Counted from the stretch's first letter, positions 33,355 to 43,483 are shown. The stretch: DNA of 64,000 nt from Pseudomonadota bacterium (GCA_016711215.1 JADJTL010000001.1:1910-65909); one strand, 5' to 3'. Notes: a model not told the origin generated them from the letters alone. Numbers and translations are program-made.

Positions 33355-33903
33355 CTACGCCGCGCTCGAGGCCGCCAGCGGACGAGCCCCGCTGCCCGGC
33401 TCCACCGTGGCCAGCTCGGCGCTGCGGGTCATCGCCACCATGCCGCTGTTGACCATCTCGAGGATGCCGAAGGGCCGGAGCAGCGCGACGAGGCCGTCGA
33501 TCTTCTCCTGCTCGCCGGTGATCTCGACGATCAGCGCATCGGTGGCGATGTCGACCACGCGCGCGCGGAAGACCTTGGCGATCTCGAGGATCTCCGCGCG
33601 TTCGGTGGCGGCGGCCTTGACCTTGATCAGCGCCAGGTCGCGCGCGACCGAGGGAACGGCCGTGATGTCGCGCACGCGCAGGACATTGACCAGCTTGTAG
33701 AGATGCGCCTCGAGCCGCCGCGCCGTGTCGTCGTCGGCGCAGGTGATCATCGTCAGGCGCGAGACGCCCGGCTCGTGCGTGCGTCCGACCGTCAGCGACT
33801 CGATGTTGTAGGCACGGCGGCGAAAGAGCGAGACGACGCGGTTCAGCACGCCGGGCTTGTCTTCGACATAGGCGATGAAGGTACGGGAAATCGCGCGATC
33901 CAT
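33355..33903 (-). CDS. ilvN: acetolactate synthase small (regulatory) subunit
   Basis: 182 aa ACT domain (VEDKPGVLNRVVSLFRRRAYNIESLTVG). Confidence 0.85.
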   Translation of the reverse strand: MDRAISRTFIAYVEDKPGVLNRVVSLFRRRAYNIESLTVGRTHEPGVSRLTMITCADDDTARRLEAHLYKLVNVLRVRDITAVPSVARDLALIKVKAAATERAEILEIAKVFRARVVDIATDALIVEITGEQEKIDGLVALLRPFGILEMVNSGMVAMTRSAELATVEPGSGARPLAASSAA

Positions 33904-33905
33904 CG

Positions 33906-35609
33906 TTACACCTCCGAAGTCGGGCTGCGATGCGGGCGGCGGATCATCTTGTCCAGGTCCGCACCGGCCGGCACCATCGGGTAGACGCTGTCTTCCTTCT
34001 CGACGCGGAACTCGACCAGGAAGGTGCCCGGCGCCTTGCGTGCGGTCTCGATCGCGCCGGCCACCTGGTCACGCCGCGTCACCACCAGGCCCTGAAGCCC
34101 GTGGGCCTCGGCCAGCTTGACGAAGTCGGGGCTCTTCATCGGTGTCGCCGAGTAGCGGCGATCATAGAAGAACTCCTGCCACTGCCGCACCATCCCGAGG
34201 TAGCCGTTGTTGATCACGGCGATGTTGAGCTTGAGCTGCTCCTGGGCGCAGGTCGCGAGCTCGCACGCCGTCATCTGGAAGCCGCCGTCGCCGGCGATCG
34301 CCCAGATCTCCTCCTGGGGCTGCGCGAAGCGCGCGCCGATCGCTGCCGGCAGCGCGAAGCCCATCGTGCCCAGGCCGCCCGAGGTCAGCAGCTTGCGCGG
34401 GTAGTCGTGCTTGTAATACTGCGCCTCCCACATCTGATGCTGGCCGACGTCGGAGACCACCAAGGCCTTGCCCTCGGTCGCGCGCCAGAGATCGTGCATC
34501 ACGTGGGCGGCATAGAGGTGGCCGTCGTCGGGCAGCGCCTGGATGTCGCGCACGGCGGTCTCGCCCTTCAGCGTCGCGATGCGCGCCAGCCACTCGGCGC
34601 GGTCCTTATGCTCGAGCTGCGGCTGCAGCGCCAGCAGCGTGGTGCGCAGGTCGGCGACGATCGGCAGGTCGACCTTGACGTTCTTGTTGATCTCGGAGGC
34701 ATCGATGTCGATGTGGATCTTGCGCGCGTGTGGCGCGTAGGTCGCCAGCTTGCCGGTCACGCGATCGTCGAAGCGCATGCCGAGGGCGATCAGCAGATCG
34801 GCCTCCTGGATCGCCGTGTTGACCCAGGCCTCGCCGTGCATCCCCATCATGCCGAGGCTCAGCGCGTGGGTCGCCGGAAAGCCGCCCAGGCCGAGCAGCG
34901 TCAGGGCGACGGGCAGGTGGCCCGTCTCGGCGAAGCGCACGACCTCGGCGGTGGCGCCGGACTGGACCACGCCCTGGCCCGACAGGATCAGCGGGCGCTT
35001 GGCGTCATGGATCAGCTCCAGCGCCCGCGTCAGCGCGGCCTGCGGCACGGCGGCGGGCTCGCGATAGCCCGGCAGCTCGATGGGATTGTTATCCCAGGCG
35101 AACTCGGTCGAGGCCTGCTGCGCGTCCTTGGTGATGTCGACGACCACCGGCCCGGGACGTCCCGAGCGTGCGATGTAGAACGCCTCGCGCAGCGCGGGGG
35201 CGATCTCGTCGGCGCGGGTCACCAGGTAGTTATGCTTGGTGATCGGCAGCGTCACGCCGGTGAGGTCGGTCTCCTGGAAGCCGTCGGTTCCCAGCAGAAA
35301 GCCCGCGACCTGGCCGGTGATGCAGACGATCGGCGAGGAGTCCATCATCGCCGTGGCGATGCCCGTGACCAGGTTGAGCGCGCCCGGGCCCGAGGTGGCC
35401 ACCGCGACGCCGACCTTGCCCGAGGCGCGGGCGTAGCCGTCGGCCATGTGCGCGGCCCCTTGCTCGTGGCGCACCAGCACATGGCGCACGTCGTAGTCGA
35501 GCAAGGCGTCATAGGCCGGCATGATCGCCCCGCCGGGGTAGCCGAAGCAGACCTCCACGCCCTCGCGAGCGAGCACCTCCCAGATCACCTGGGCTCCCGT
35601 GCGTTGCAT
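33906..35609 (-). CDS. ilvB: acetolactate synthase large subunit
   Basis: TPP-enzyme motifs (GYPGGAIMP; GDGGFQMT). Start at MQRTGAQV with GGAGGAG-like RBS. The track N-terminal extension is ignored. Confidence 0.9.
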   Translation of the reverse strand: MQRTGAQVIWEVLAREGVEVCFGYPGGAIMPAYDALLDYDVRHVLVRHEQGAAHMADGYARASGKVGVAVATSGPGALNLVTGIATAMMDSSPIVCITGQVAGFLLGTDGFQETDLTGVTLPITKHNYLVTRADEIAPALREAFYIARSGRPGPVVVDITKDAQQASTEFAWDNNPIELPGYREPAAVPQAALTRALELIHDAKRPLILSGQGVVQSGATAEVVRFAETGHLPVALTLLGLGGFPATHALSLGMMGMHGEAWVNTAIQEADLLIALGMRFDDRVTGKLATYAPHARKIHIDIDASEINKNVKVDLPIVADLRTTLLALQPQLEHKDRAEWLARIATLKGETAVRDIQALPDDGHLYAAHVMHDLWRATEGKALVVSDVGQHQMWEAQYYKHDYPRKLLTSGGLGTMGFALPAAIGARFAQPQEEIWAIAGDGGFQMTACELATCAQEQLKLNIAVINNGYLGMVRQWQEFFYDRRYSATPMKSPDFVKLAEAHGLQGLVVTRRDQVAGAIETARKAPGTFLVEFRVEKEDSVYPMVPAGADLDKMIRRPHRSPTSEV

Positions 35610-35677
35610 GATGTTCTCCTCCTTGCGGCTGATGACCCCGCTGGGGGCCGGACCTAGCACGAACCCGCTAGGTGTTG

Positions 35678-35715
35678 AAAACAAAAACCCCCGCAGCCAG
35701 TCTTGGTTGCGGGGG
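35678..35715 (-). terminator. intrinsic terminator / attenuator hairpin upstream of ilvB
   Basis: Minus-strand RNA reads CCCCCGCAaccaagacuggcUGCGGGGG followed by UUUUUGUUUUC. It lies between the leader-peptide stop and the ilvB start. Confidence 0.6.
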
Positions 35716-35737
35716 CGAAGGCTGACTCCGAGTTACG

Positions 35738-35842
35738 CTAAACCCAGGGAGGCCCACACCCCGCGCCTACACCGACGAGCAGTACGAGAGCGAGGACGGG
35801 CAGACCAAGGAACACGGGCGCCTGTGACGGCCGCTGAAACAT
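35738..35842 (-). CDS. candidate Leu/Val-rich attenuation leader peptide
   Basis: MFQRPSQAPVFLGLPVLALVLLVGVGAGCGPPWV has 8 Leu/Val in a 10-residue run. Stop is ~25 nt before the terminator. No strong SD, and upstream in-frame starts exist. Confidence 0.4.
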   Translation of the reverse strand: MFQRPSQAPVFLGLPVLALVLLVGVGAGCGPPWV

Positions 35843-36000
35843 CGGCTGCAACGGCGCCCGGGACGCGGGCGTGCAGGACGAGGGAGTGCGGGACACGGAG
35901 ACGCGACGGTTCAGCATAGCGGCCGGAGTGTGCGGCGAGGGCAAGGGGTGAGTCAAGAAGAATCGCCCTTCCCTGGCTAGCGGTTCAGCCCGTTCATCAC

Positions 36001-36057
36001 TTGTTCTATTGTTGTCTATTGTTGTCTATTGCTGGTGGTGTTGTCTATTGCTGGTGG
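36001..36057. repeat. AT-rich direct repeats TTGT(C/T)TATTG x4 interleaved with CTGGTGG(TG) x2
   Basis: Direct reading. Located in the presumptive promoter region of the ilv-leu leader, overlapping the 3' end of the upstream ORF. Confidence 0.8.
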
Positions 36058-36859
36058 ACCTGCCGCGCAGCCGGCGCGCGAGCGCTCCGCCTGTGCCGAA
36101 TCCGAAGCCACCCAGGAGTGCAGAGGAAAAGACGACAGCCTCAAGATTGCGCCTTCCGATATCAAGGAAGTCCGTGGACGGTGGGGAAAGACCCAGCTGG
36201 GTCATGGCGGTAACCGTATCGCGGCCCAAACTCTGTACGCCACCGCGGGCTTGTTCCGCCGCTCTGCTCAGGAGCCCACTGCTAGAGGTCCAGGGAAGCG
36301 TCTTCTCCTGCTCGACGACCACGGAATAGGCGCCTCTGGCGCTCGTCGCTACCTTCGTCCAAATGGCTACGCCAACCTGGCCCAACCCCTCCCAGCCTTT
36401 GAAGGCTGATGGCGTCCGATGCGGCGAGGGGAATAGAGCGGTCGGTCCCACCAGAAGGCCTTCCTTGCCCGCAAGCGAGGTTGGGCTGGGAACCAAGTCC
36501 GTCCGCGCCCCGACCTCTGTCCCGGCGACATATGCCGCGGCAGTGACCCCAAGGACGCCCGCACCGACAAGTGAAGTGGGTATTGCAGCAGCGGGCGCGT
36601 ACCCGGCGAGGGAGTGGCTCGCAGTAATCACCGCCGCTTCGAGCGGTCGATCGACCACGTAGTTTCGCGCGGGCGCGTTGATTCCGAGGACCCCTAACGC
36701 GCCAACAGCGCCCACCAAAAGCGCGTTGCGGGTCGATCGTCCAACGCGCCTTACGATCGATGTCCCATGGGGGGTTGCCCAAGCAGGCTGCGCAAGGGCG
36801 CCCAGGCTAAGGCTGGCAAAGAGCAGAAGCGCAATCGAAGGCGTGCGGCGCAGCATCAT
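36026..36859 (-). CDS. hypothetical secreted protein
   Basis: MMLRRTPSIALLLFASLSLGALAQPAWA signal peptide. Gly/Ala/Val-rich. No family recognised. Confidence 0.5.
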   Translation of the reverse strand: MMLRRTPSIALLLFASLSLGALAQPAWATPHGTSIVRRVGRSTRNALLVGAVGALGVLGINAPARNYVVDRPLEAAVITASHSLAGYAPAAAIPTSLVGAGVLGVTAAAYVAGTEVGARTDLVPSPTSLAGKEGLLVGPTALFPSPHRTPSAFKGWEGLGQVGVAIWTKVATSARGAYSVVVEQEKTLPWTSSSGLLSRAAEQARGGVQSLGRDTVTAMTQLGLSPPSTDFLDIGRRNLEAVVFSSALLGGFGFGTGGALARRLRGRSTSNRQHHQQ

Positions 36860-36955
36860 GGGACGTTCCTTTCGGCGGTCTGGCGAGGGGCCTATGCATA
36901 GCATGTACCACGGCGTGCGCAGCTCGCTGCCGCAGGTGCGGCGGCGGCCGGCTCG

Positions 36956-38637
36956 CTATTTCGGTGGGTTGCGGCCGCGGGGGCGGGATGGGGGGCGGCG
37001 GCCGGGCTGGCCGGGGTGGCTCGTTTTCGACGAGGGCAGGGGCTCAGGCTGCCTTTTAGGGCGAGGTCCTCGCGTGGCCTCGCCCTCAGCGGCCTCGCCC
37101 TCAGCGCCCGTGCTGCTGGTCTTCGCGCCGGCAAAGAGGCTACAGGCGGGGTTGTGGGTCTCTTCGTGGTGGGCAAAGCCGAGGCTGCGGAGCAGCTCGA
37201 CGAAGGCGCGGCGGGCGGCGGCGTCGAGCTGCAGGCCGAGCAGCACCCGGCCGTAGTCGGCGCCGTGGTTGCGGTAGTGGAAGAGGCTGATGTTCCAGCG
37301 GCCGCCCATCTCGCGCAACAGGCCGAGCAGGGCGCCGCGGCGCTCGGGGAACTCGACCCGCCAGAGGGTCTCGTCGCGCAGCCCAGGGGCGTGGCCACCG
37401 ACCATGTAGCGAATGTGCAGCTTGGCGGTCTCGTTGTCGGTCAGATCGACGACGCCGTAGCCCTCGGCGACGAGGCGGGCCGCCAGCGCCTCGCGCTCGG
37501 TCCGACCCTCGCTCAGCTCGACGCCGACGAAGACCTGAGCCCGGGTCGCGTCGTGGTAGCGGTAGTTGAACTCGGTGACGCTGCGCTCGCCGATCGCGCG
37601 GCAGAAGGCGAGGAAGCTGCCCGGCCGTTCGGGGATGCTGACGGCGAAGATCGCCTCCCGCTCCTCACCGAGCTCGGCGCGCTCGGCGACGTGGCGCAGC
37701 CGGTCGAAGTTCATGTTGGCGCCGCTCTCGATCGCTACCAGCGCGGCGCCGCGCAGGCGCTCGCGCGCGACGTATTTCTTCAGCCCGCGAGGGCCAACGC
37801 GCCAGCCGGCTCGGCGATGGTGCGGGTGTCCTCGAAGAGATCCTTGATCGCGCCGCAGGTCTCGTCCGTGCTCACCAGCAGCACCTCGTCCACCACGCGC
37901 CGCGCGAGGCGGAAGGTCTCGCGGCCGACCTGTCGGACGGCGACGCCGTCGGCAAAGGGGCCGACGCGGTCGAGCGTGACCCGCCTGCCGGCGGCGAGGG
38001 CGCGCGAGAGGGTCGGGGCGTCGTCGGGCTCGACGCCGATCACGCGCGTCTCCGGGCGTACGAACTTGATATAGGCGCCGACGCCGGCGATCAGCCCGCC
38101 GCCGCCCACGGGCACGAAGACCGCGTGCAGCGGGCCGCTGTGCTGGCGCAACAGCTCCATGCCGATGGTGCCCTGGCCGGCGATCACGTCGAGGTCGTCG
38201 AAGGGATGCACCAGGGTCAGCCCGCGCGCCTGGGCCAGCCGCTGCGCATGCGCGCCAGCCTCGTCGAAGCTGTCGCCCTCGAGCACGATCGTGGCGCCGA
38301 GCGCCTGCACCGCCTGTACCTTGATCGTCGCCGTGGTGCGCGGCATCACGATCAGGGCCTCGAGCCCGAGCTCGCGCGCGGCCAGCGCGACCCCTTGGGC
38401 GTGGTTGCCGGCGGAGGCGGCGATGACGCCGCGCCGGCGTTGCGCGTCGTTGAGCTGGACGATCTTGTTGTAGGCGCCGCGGAGCTTGAAGGAGAAGACC
38501 TGCTGCAGGTCCTCGCGCTTGATCAAGACGCGGTTGCCGAGGCGGCGTGAGAGGCGCGGCGCGGGGCTCAGCGGGCTCTCGCTGGCGACCTCGTAGACGC
38601 GGGCGCGGAGGATGCGTTCGATCATTCGATTGAGCAT
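36956..38637 (-). pseudogene. ilvA: threonine dehydratase (biosynthetic, IlvA) with apparent single-base frameshift near 37786
   Basis: PLP domain (38637..37780, ends ...TIAEPAGALALAG*) and regulatory ACT-like half (from 37786, LKKYVARERLRGAALVAIESGANMNF...) are in different frames. Together they match IlvA end to end. The DNA reads gcgggcTGAagaaa where gcgggcCTGaagaaa is expected. A ~60-aa low-complexity C-terminal tail is dubious. Confidence 0.75.
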
Positions 38638-38745
38638 CGGTGGAGCATACGGCGCGCGCCGCTGAGCGCGCCAGCGAGCTGTGGCGCGGCAGGCGCCGGG
38701 CGCGATCGGTCGCGCCATCGCTGGACGGGCTGCTCGAAGGGGCTG

Positions 38746-39609
38746 CTAGGCGGGGGGCGGCGTGGCGCGTGCCGGCGAGCGCAGCGCCAGATCGCGGCGC
38801 GGCGCCTGGCGGCGGAAGCGCACGTGCAGGTGATCGGCGTGACCGCGCCAATGACGCACCAGGCCGCGGCGGCGACCCGGGTACTCGAGGAGGCTCGCTA
38901 GCGTCTCCGCGGCGTAGCCTTGCGCGCGGGCGTGGACGTAGAGCGCGCGCTGCAGGCGGCGGTCGAGGAAGATCACCTGCACGTCGCCGGTGTCGATCAG
39001 GCGCAGCAGCAGAAACCAGGTGCGCTCGAGGTCGAGGGTGCGTGGTGTCGCGCGAGCGTAGCCGAGCGTCTCGCGCTTGAGCACGACGCGGATGTCGACG
39101 TCCTGGCCGGTGTCGTGCGAGAGGTGCGGCCGCAGTCGTCCGCCCCAGCGACGGCTGAGGTCGTGGACCCAGATCGGCGAGGCCTCGGGGAAGTGCTCGT
39201 GGTAGGCGGTCATCACCTCGCTCAGGCGCTGCACCGTCAGCGCCGTGCCCCAGGCCTGATCGGGCGTCCGCACCTTCAGGCCCGGGCGGTCGGTGAGCTG
39301 GACCAGCCCATGGATGCGGCGATAGCGGCGTCGGTGGCGCGAGCGCCGCTGGGCGGTGCCGCGGGTCGCGAGCGCGCGCCTTGCTCGAGTCCGCGTGGCG
39401 CTGCGCGTCGAGGGCGTGAGGGCGGCTGAGGTCGCGACGGAGGGGGCCCCGAAGCTCGCGGCCGGTGCGGCGTCGAGCAGCACCGTGGACACCGTCGAGG
39501 CGAGGATGGTCGGGTCGGCGCCGGCCGCGCTGAGCCCGCCGAGCAGCGTGGCGGCGGCGAAGCTAGACAGAAACGAGTAACTTGGCTTACTGACCATGCA
39601 TCGGATCAT
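38746..39609 (-). CDS. penicillin-insensitive murein endopeptidase (MepA / peptidase M74)-like
   Basis: Signal peptide plus zinc-ligand motifs HLSHDTGQDVDIR and GHADHLHVRF. Confidence 0.6.
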   Translation of the reverse strand: MIRCMVSKPSYSFLSSFAAATLLGGLSAAGADPTILASTVSTVLLDAAPAASFGAPSVATSAALTPSTRSATRTRARRALATRGTAQRRSRHRRRYRRIHGLVQLTDRPGLKVRTPDQAWGTALTVQRLSEVMTAYHEHFPEASPIWVHDLSRRWGGRLRPHLSHDTGQDVDIRVVLKRETLGYARATPRTLDLERTWFLLLRLIDTGDVQVIFLDRRLQRALYVHARAQGYAAETLASLLEYPGRRRGLVRHWRGHADHLHVRFRRQAPRRDLALRSPARATPPPA

Positions 39610-39830
39610 GAGCAGCTAGCGTGCCAGCGAGCCTACCGGCGGTAGCCCCGCGGCGGACGCAGAAAAGGCGAGTCATCACGAGAAAGCCTCGCGCGGCGCC
39701 CTGCGCAGGCTGCAGCCAGGCGGCCACAGCCTGCAGCCTCCAGCCTGCAGGCAAGAGGCTCGTCAGGGCCGCTCAGGCCGGTCGGCCGGGCGCAGCGCGC
39801 CAGGCCCTGGCGTGTCGTGTCAGGGGTCTG

Positions 39831-40697
39831 TCAGTGGCGCGGTCGGATCGCCTCGGGGGACAGCGCACGATAGGGCCGGCCGTCCTGCGCCGCGAAGAGG
39901 TCGGCGATCTCGGCCGGTCTGAGGATGTGGAACTCGCCAAACTCCTCTCGCGCCTCGCGACGTGGGGTGTCGCGAGGTCCCGCGGGCCCCCTGAGCCAGG
40001 TGGCGAAGGGCTCGAGGTGGAGGGCGTTCAACGTGAAGCGCAGGTCGCCCGGGTCGCCCTCGAAGGCCCGCGCGCCGAACGCTTCCTGGAGGAAGGCGAG
40101 CTGCCGGGGACTCGCCTTGGTCGTGCCGCCGAAGGGCACGAAGCGGGGACGCGAGGAAGCCTTCGGGAAGGGTGATCGCACGAGGAGGATTCGATCCAGG
40201 CGTGGGTCGGGCTGCGGAAGCGTCAGGGCGATCGGAAAGCTCACCGTGACGCGGACGATCCGGGGCAAATCCATGCCGGCCGGCAGGCCGCTGGAACGGC
40301 TGCCGAGGGGCAGGCTCCAGTCATGAACCTTGCGCTCGGCGGCGCTCAGGTCGCCGACGAGGGCGAGCCCGGCGTCCCAGGTGACGGTCGAGTGAATCCG
40401 GGGCGCGATCAGCTCGCTGCGCGGGATCCACCGCAGATCGTTCCGCTCCGCCGTGCGCTCCTGGAGCGCTGCTCGCCAGTCCGCCGGGACGATCAGCCGC
40501 TCGCGCCTGAAGAACTTGGCTGTCGGACGGCCGTGCTTGCCCCCGGGACCGAAGTAGACGTCAAAGGGCTGCGTCGTGCCCGCTGCGGAAGTACCCCGCG
40601 CGTGGGCCCCGCCCGTCCAGTCGGCGCGCGCCTCGGCGGAGCCGAGCAGCACGAGCGTGAAAACAAGCCCTGCGGTGAAAGTGGCCCGGTGAAACAT
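39831..40697 (-). CDS. hypothetical secreted protein
   Basis: MFHRATFTAGLVFTLVLLGSAEA signal peptide. No family recognised. Confidence 0.5.
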   Translation of the reverse strand: MFHRATFTAGLVFTLVLLGSAEARADWTGGAHARGTSAAGTTQPFDVYFGPGGKHGRPTAKFFRRERLIVPADWRAALQERTAERNDLRWIPRSELIAPRIHSTVTWDAGLALVGDLSAAERKVHDWSLPLGSRSSGLPAGMDLPRIVRVTVSFPIALTLPQPDPRLDRILLVRSPFPKASSRPRFVPFGGTTKASPRQLAFLQEAFGARAFEGDPGDLRFTLNALHLEPFATWLRGPAGPRDTPRREAREEFGEFHILRPAEIADLFAAQDGRPYRALSPEAIRPRH

Positions 40698-40794
40698 AAG
40701 GACTCCCCCCATTTTCGACCCCCCAGCGCGAGTCCGCGTCTCCGCGCCCTCGTGCCCCCCCCTACCCCCAAAGCACAACCCAAGGCCAAGCGTC

Positions 40795-41667
40795 CTAGAC
40801 GAAGACCACGGTCTTGTTGCCGTGGACGATGATGCGGTCCTCCAGGTGCCAGGCGACGGCGCGCGCCAGCACCTGGCGCTCGATGTCGCGGCCGAGCCGT
40901 CGTAGCTCGCCCACCGAGTGGCGGTGCGAGACCCGGATCACATCCTGCTCAATGATCGGCCCGGCGTCGAGCGCCGCGGTGGCGTAGTGCGCCGTGGCGC
41001 CGATCAACTTGACGCCGCGCTCATCGGCCTGCTTGTAGGGGTCGGCGCCGGCGAAGGCGGGCAGGAAGGAGTGATGGATGTTGATGATGCGCTGCGGGTA
41101 GTGCGCGACGAAGTCCTCACCGAGGATTTGCATGTAGCGCGCAAGCACGACCAGGTCGGTCTGCTCGGCCAGCAGCTCGAGCATGCGCCGCTCGCCGGCC
41201 AGCCGATCGTCGGGGTTGATCGGCACCTCGTGGAAGGGCACGCCGAAGTCCTCGACCGCGCCGCGCAGCGTTCCATGGTTCGAGATGACCATCGTCACCT
41301 GCGCCGGCAGCTCGCCGCGGCGCCAGCGCCACAGCAGCTCGAGCAGGCCATGGTCGGTCTTCGAGACCAGGATCGCCATGCGCTTGAGGTCGCTGGCGTA
41401 GCTGATGTGCCAGCGCATGCCGAAGCGGGCGGCGACGACCTCGGAGAAGCCGCGCTCGAGGGCGCTGCGCGAGACGTCGAGGTGCGGCGTCTGGAACTCG
41501 AGGCGCAAGAAAAACGTGCCGCCGCTCGGATCGGTGGAGTGCTGATCGAGGGCGGTGATGTTGACGCCGTGGTTGTAGAGGAAGCCCGTGACCGTGGCGA
41601 CGATGCCGGGGCGATCGTCGCAGGTGATCAGCAGCCGCGCGGTGGTGTCGCGGGCGTTGCGGCTCAC
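40795..41667 (-). CDS. purU: formyltetrahydrofolate deformylase
   Basis: N-terminal ACT domain plus formyltransferase core (IINIHHSFLPAFAGADPY). Confidence 0.85.
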   Translation of the reverse strand: MSRNARDTTARLLITCDDRPGIVATVTGFLYNHGVNITALDQHSTDPSGGTFFLRLEFQTPHLDVSRSALERGFSEVVAARFGMRWHISYASDLKRMAILVSKTDHGLLELLWRWRRGELPAQVTMVISNHGTLRGAVEDFGVPFHEVPINPDDRLAGERRMLELLAEQTDLVVLARYMQILGEDFVAHYPQRIINIHHSFLPAFAGADPYKQADERGVKLIGATAHYATAALDAGPIIEQDVIRVSHRHSVGELRRLGRDIERQVLARAVAWHLEDRIIVHGNKTVVFV

Positions 41668-41683
41668 GCGCCCTGCTCCGGCC

Positions 41684-42661
41684 TCATGGCAGCAGCACGC
41701 TGGCGCCGCTGGTTTGCCGGGCCTCGAGCGCGCGATGCGCCGCTGCCGCCTCGGCCAGCGGCCAGCGCTGGCGCAGGTCGAGCTTGATGGCGCCGTCGCG
41801 GACGAGCGCGAAGAGCGCCGTCGCGCTCGCCAGCAGCTCCTCGCGGGTGGCCGTGTAGTCGCCGAGCGCGGGCCGCGTGAGGAAGAGCGAGCCGCGCTGC
41901 GCCAGGATGGCCGGATCGAAGGCTTCGGGGCGTCCCGAGGCGTTGCCGAAGGCGACCAAGAGGCCCCGCGGGCGCAGGCAGGCGAGGGAGCCCTGGAAGG
42001 TGCTGCGCCCGACCGAGTCGTAGACGACGGGGACGCCGGCGCCGTCGGTCAGCTCGCGGACGCGCGCGACGAAGTCCTCGCGCGTGTAGACGATCGGATG
42101 GTCGCAGCCGTGGGCTCGCGCGAGCGCGGCCTTGGCCTCGCTGCCGACGGTGCCGATCACCGTGGCGCCCAGGTGCTTGAGCCACTGGCAGGCGATCAGC
42201 CCGACGCCGCCGGCTGCCGCGTGGAAGAGCACCGTCTGGCCGGCCTCGACGCGGAAGGTGCGCCGCAGCAGGTACTCGGCGGTCAGGCCCTTGAGCAGCA
42301 GCGCGGCGGCCTGCGCGTCGTCGAGAAAATCGGGCAAGGGGACGAGTAGCGTCGCGCGGAGCACGCGGGCCTCCGCGTAGGCCCCGGGCGGGCCGCCGGC
42401 GTAGGCCACGCGCTGACCGACGCGCACGGCGCTGACGTCGGGCCCGACCGCCTCGACGACGCCGGCCGCCTCCAGGCCGAGGCCCGAAGGCAGCGCCGGT
42501 AGCGGATAGAGCCCGCTGCGGTGGTAGGTGTCGATGAAGTTGAGGCCGATCGCGCTCTGGCGGATCAGCGCCTCGCCGGGGCCGGGGAGGGGGAGCTCAA
42601 TGGGCTCGATCCCGATCACCTCGGGACCGCCGACGGCGTGGATGCGACAGGCGCGGATCAT
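41684..42661 (-). CDS. NADPH:quinone oxidoreductase (zinc-type alcohol dehydrogenase family)
   Basis: Qor/zeta-crystallin-like (AIGLNFIDTYHRSGLYP, AAGGVGLIACQ). Confidence 0.8.
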   Translation of the reverse strand: MIRACRIHAVGGPEVIGIEPIELPLPGPGEALIRQSAIGLNFIDTYHRSGLYPLPALPSGLGLEAAGVVEAVGPDVSAVRVGQRVAYAGGPPGAYAEARVLRATLLVPLPDFLDDAQAAALLLKGLTAEYLLRRTFRVEAGQTVLFHAAAGGVGLIACQWLKHLGATVIGTVGSEAKAALARAHGCDHPIVYTREDFVARVRELTDGAGVPVVYDSVGRSTFQGSLACLRPRGLLVAFGNASGRPEAFDPAILAQRGSLFLTRPALGDYTATREELLASATALFALVRDGAIKLDLRQRWPLAEAAAAHRALEARQTSGASVLLP

Positions 42662-42740
42662 CACTGGGGGCAGCTCCTCGGTGGCCACGATAGCAAGGAG
42701 TGTGGCAAAAAAGAACGTCCCAAGGCGGGAGGAGCGACGA

Positions 42741-43483
42741 TGGTGGCAACAGATACGCTCGAGCAGTTGGCGCGCCTCGACCTCGACCGCCGCGCGCGCA
42801 GCGGAATCCCCGAGGTGATCTTCGCCGAGCGCAAGGAGCTCGAGGTCCTCTGCGCCATCGCTGAGCGGATGGCGACGGCCTGCGGGCGCGCCCTGCTCTC
42901 GCGCGTCGAGCCGGGGCTGCAGGCGACGCTGGCGCAGCGCTTGGCGCCGCGCTTCGTCGTCGAGGTCCACGCGCAGGCGCGCATGGTCGTCGTGCGCCGC
43001 GCTGAGGCTGCAGCGCCGAGCGGCGGCGGCGTGATCGGCCTGCTGGCGGCCGGGACGGCGGATCTGCCCGTGGCCGAAGAGGCGCGGGTGATGGCGCAGG
43101 AGATGGGCTGCGAGGTGCTTCACCACTACGACGTCGGCGTGGCCGGGCTGCACCGCCTGGTCGAGCCCCTGCGCGAGCTGCTGGCGCGCGAGGTGGCGGC
43201 GGTGGTCGTGGTGGCGGGCATGGAGGGCGCGCTGCCGACCGTCGTCAAGTCCTTGGTGCCCGTCCCGGTCATCGGCGTACCGACCTCGGTGGGCTACGGC
43301 TTCGGCCGGCCGGGCGAGGCGGCCCTGATGACCATGCTGCACTCCTGCGCCCCCGGGCTGACGGTCGTCAATGTCGACAACGGCCTGGGCGGCGGGGCCA
43401 CCGCGGCGCTGATCGCGAATCGGGTCGCGGCAGCGGCCCTCGGCCGCAGCAGCTCTGTCGAGGCGCTCGTCAGCGCCCTCTAA
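42741..43483 (+). CDS. PurE-like protein, LarB family (nickel-pincer cofactor pyridinium-3,5-biscarboxylate mononucleotide synthase-like)
   Basis: N-terminal ~85-aa extension plus AIR-carboxylase fold (GLLAAGTADLPVAEEA...VAGMEGALPTVV...PVIGVPTSVGYG). No larC/larE nearby. Confidence 0.6.
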
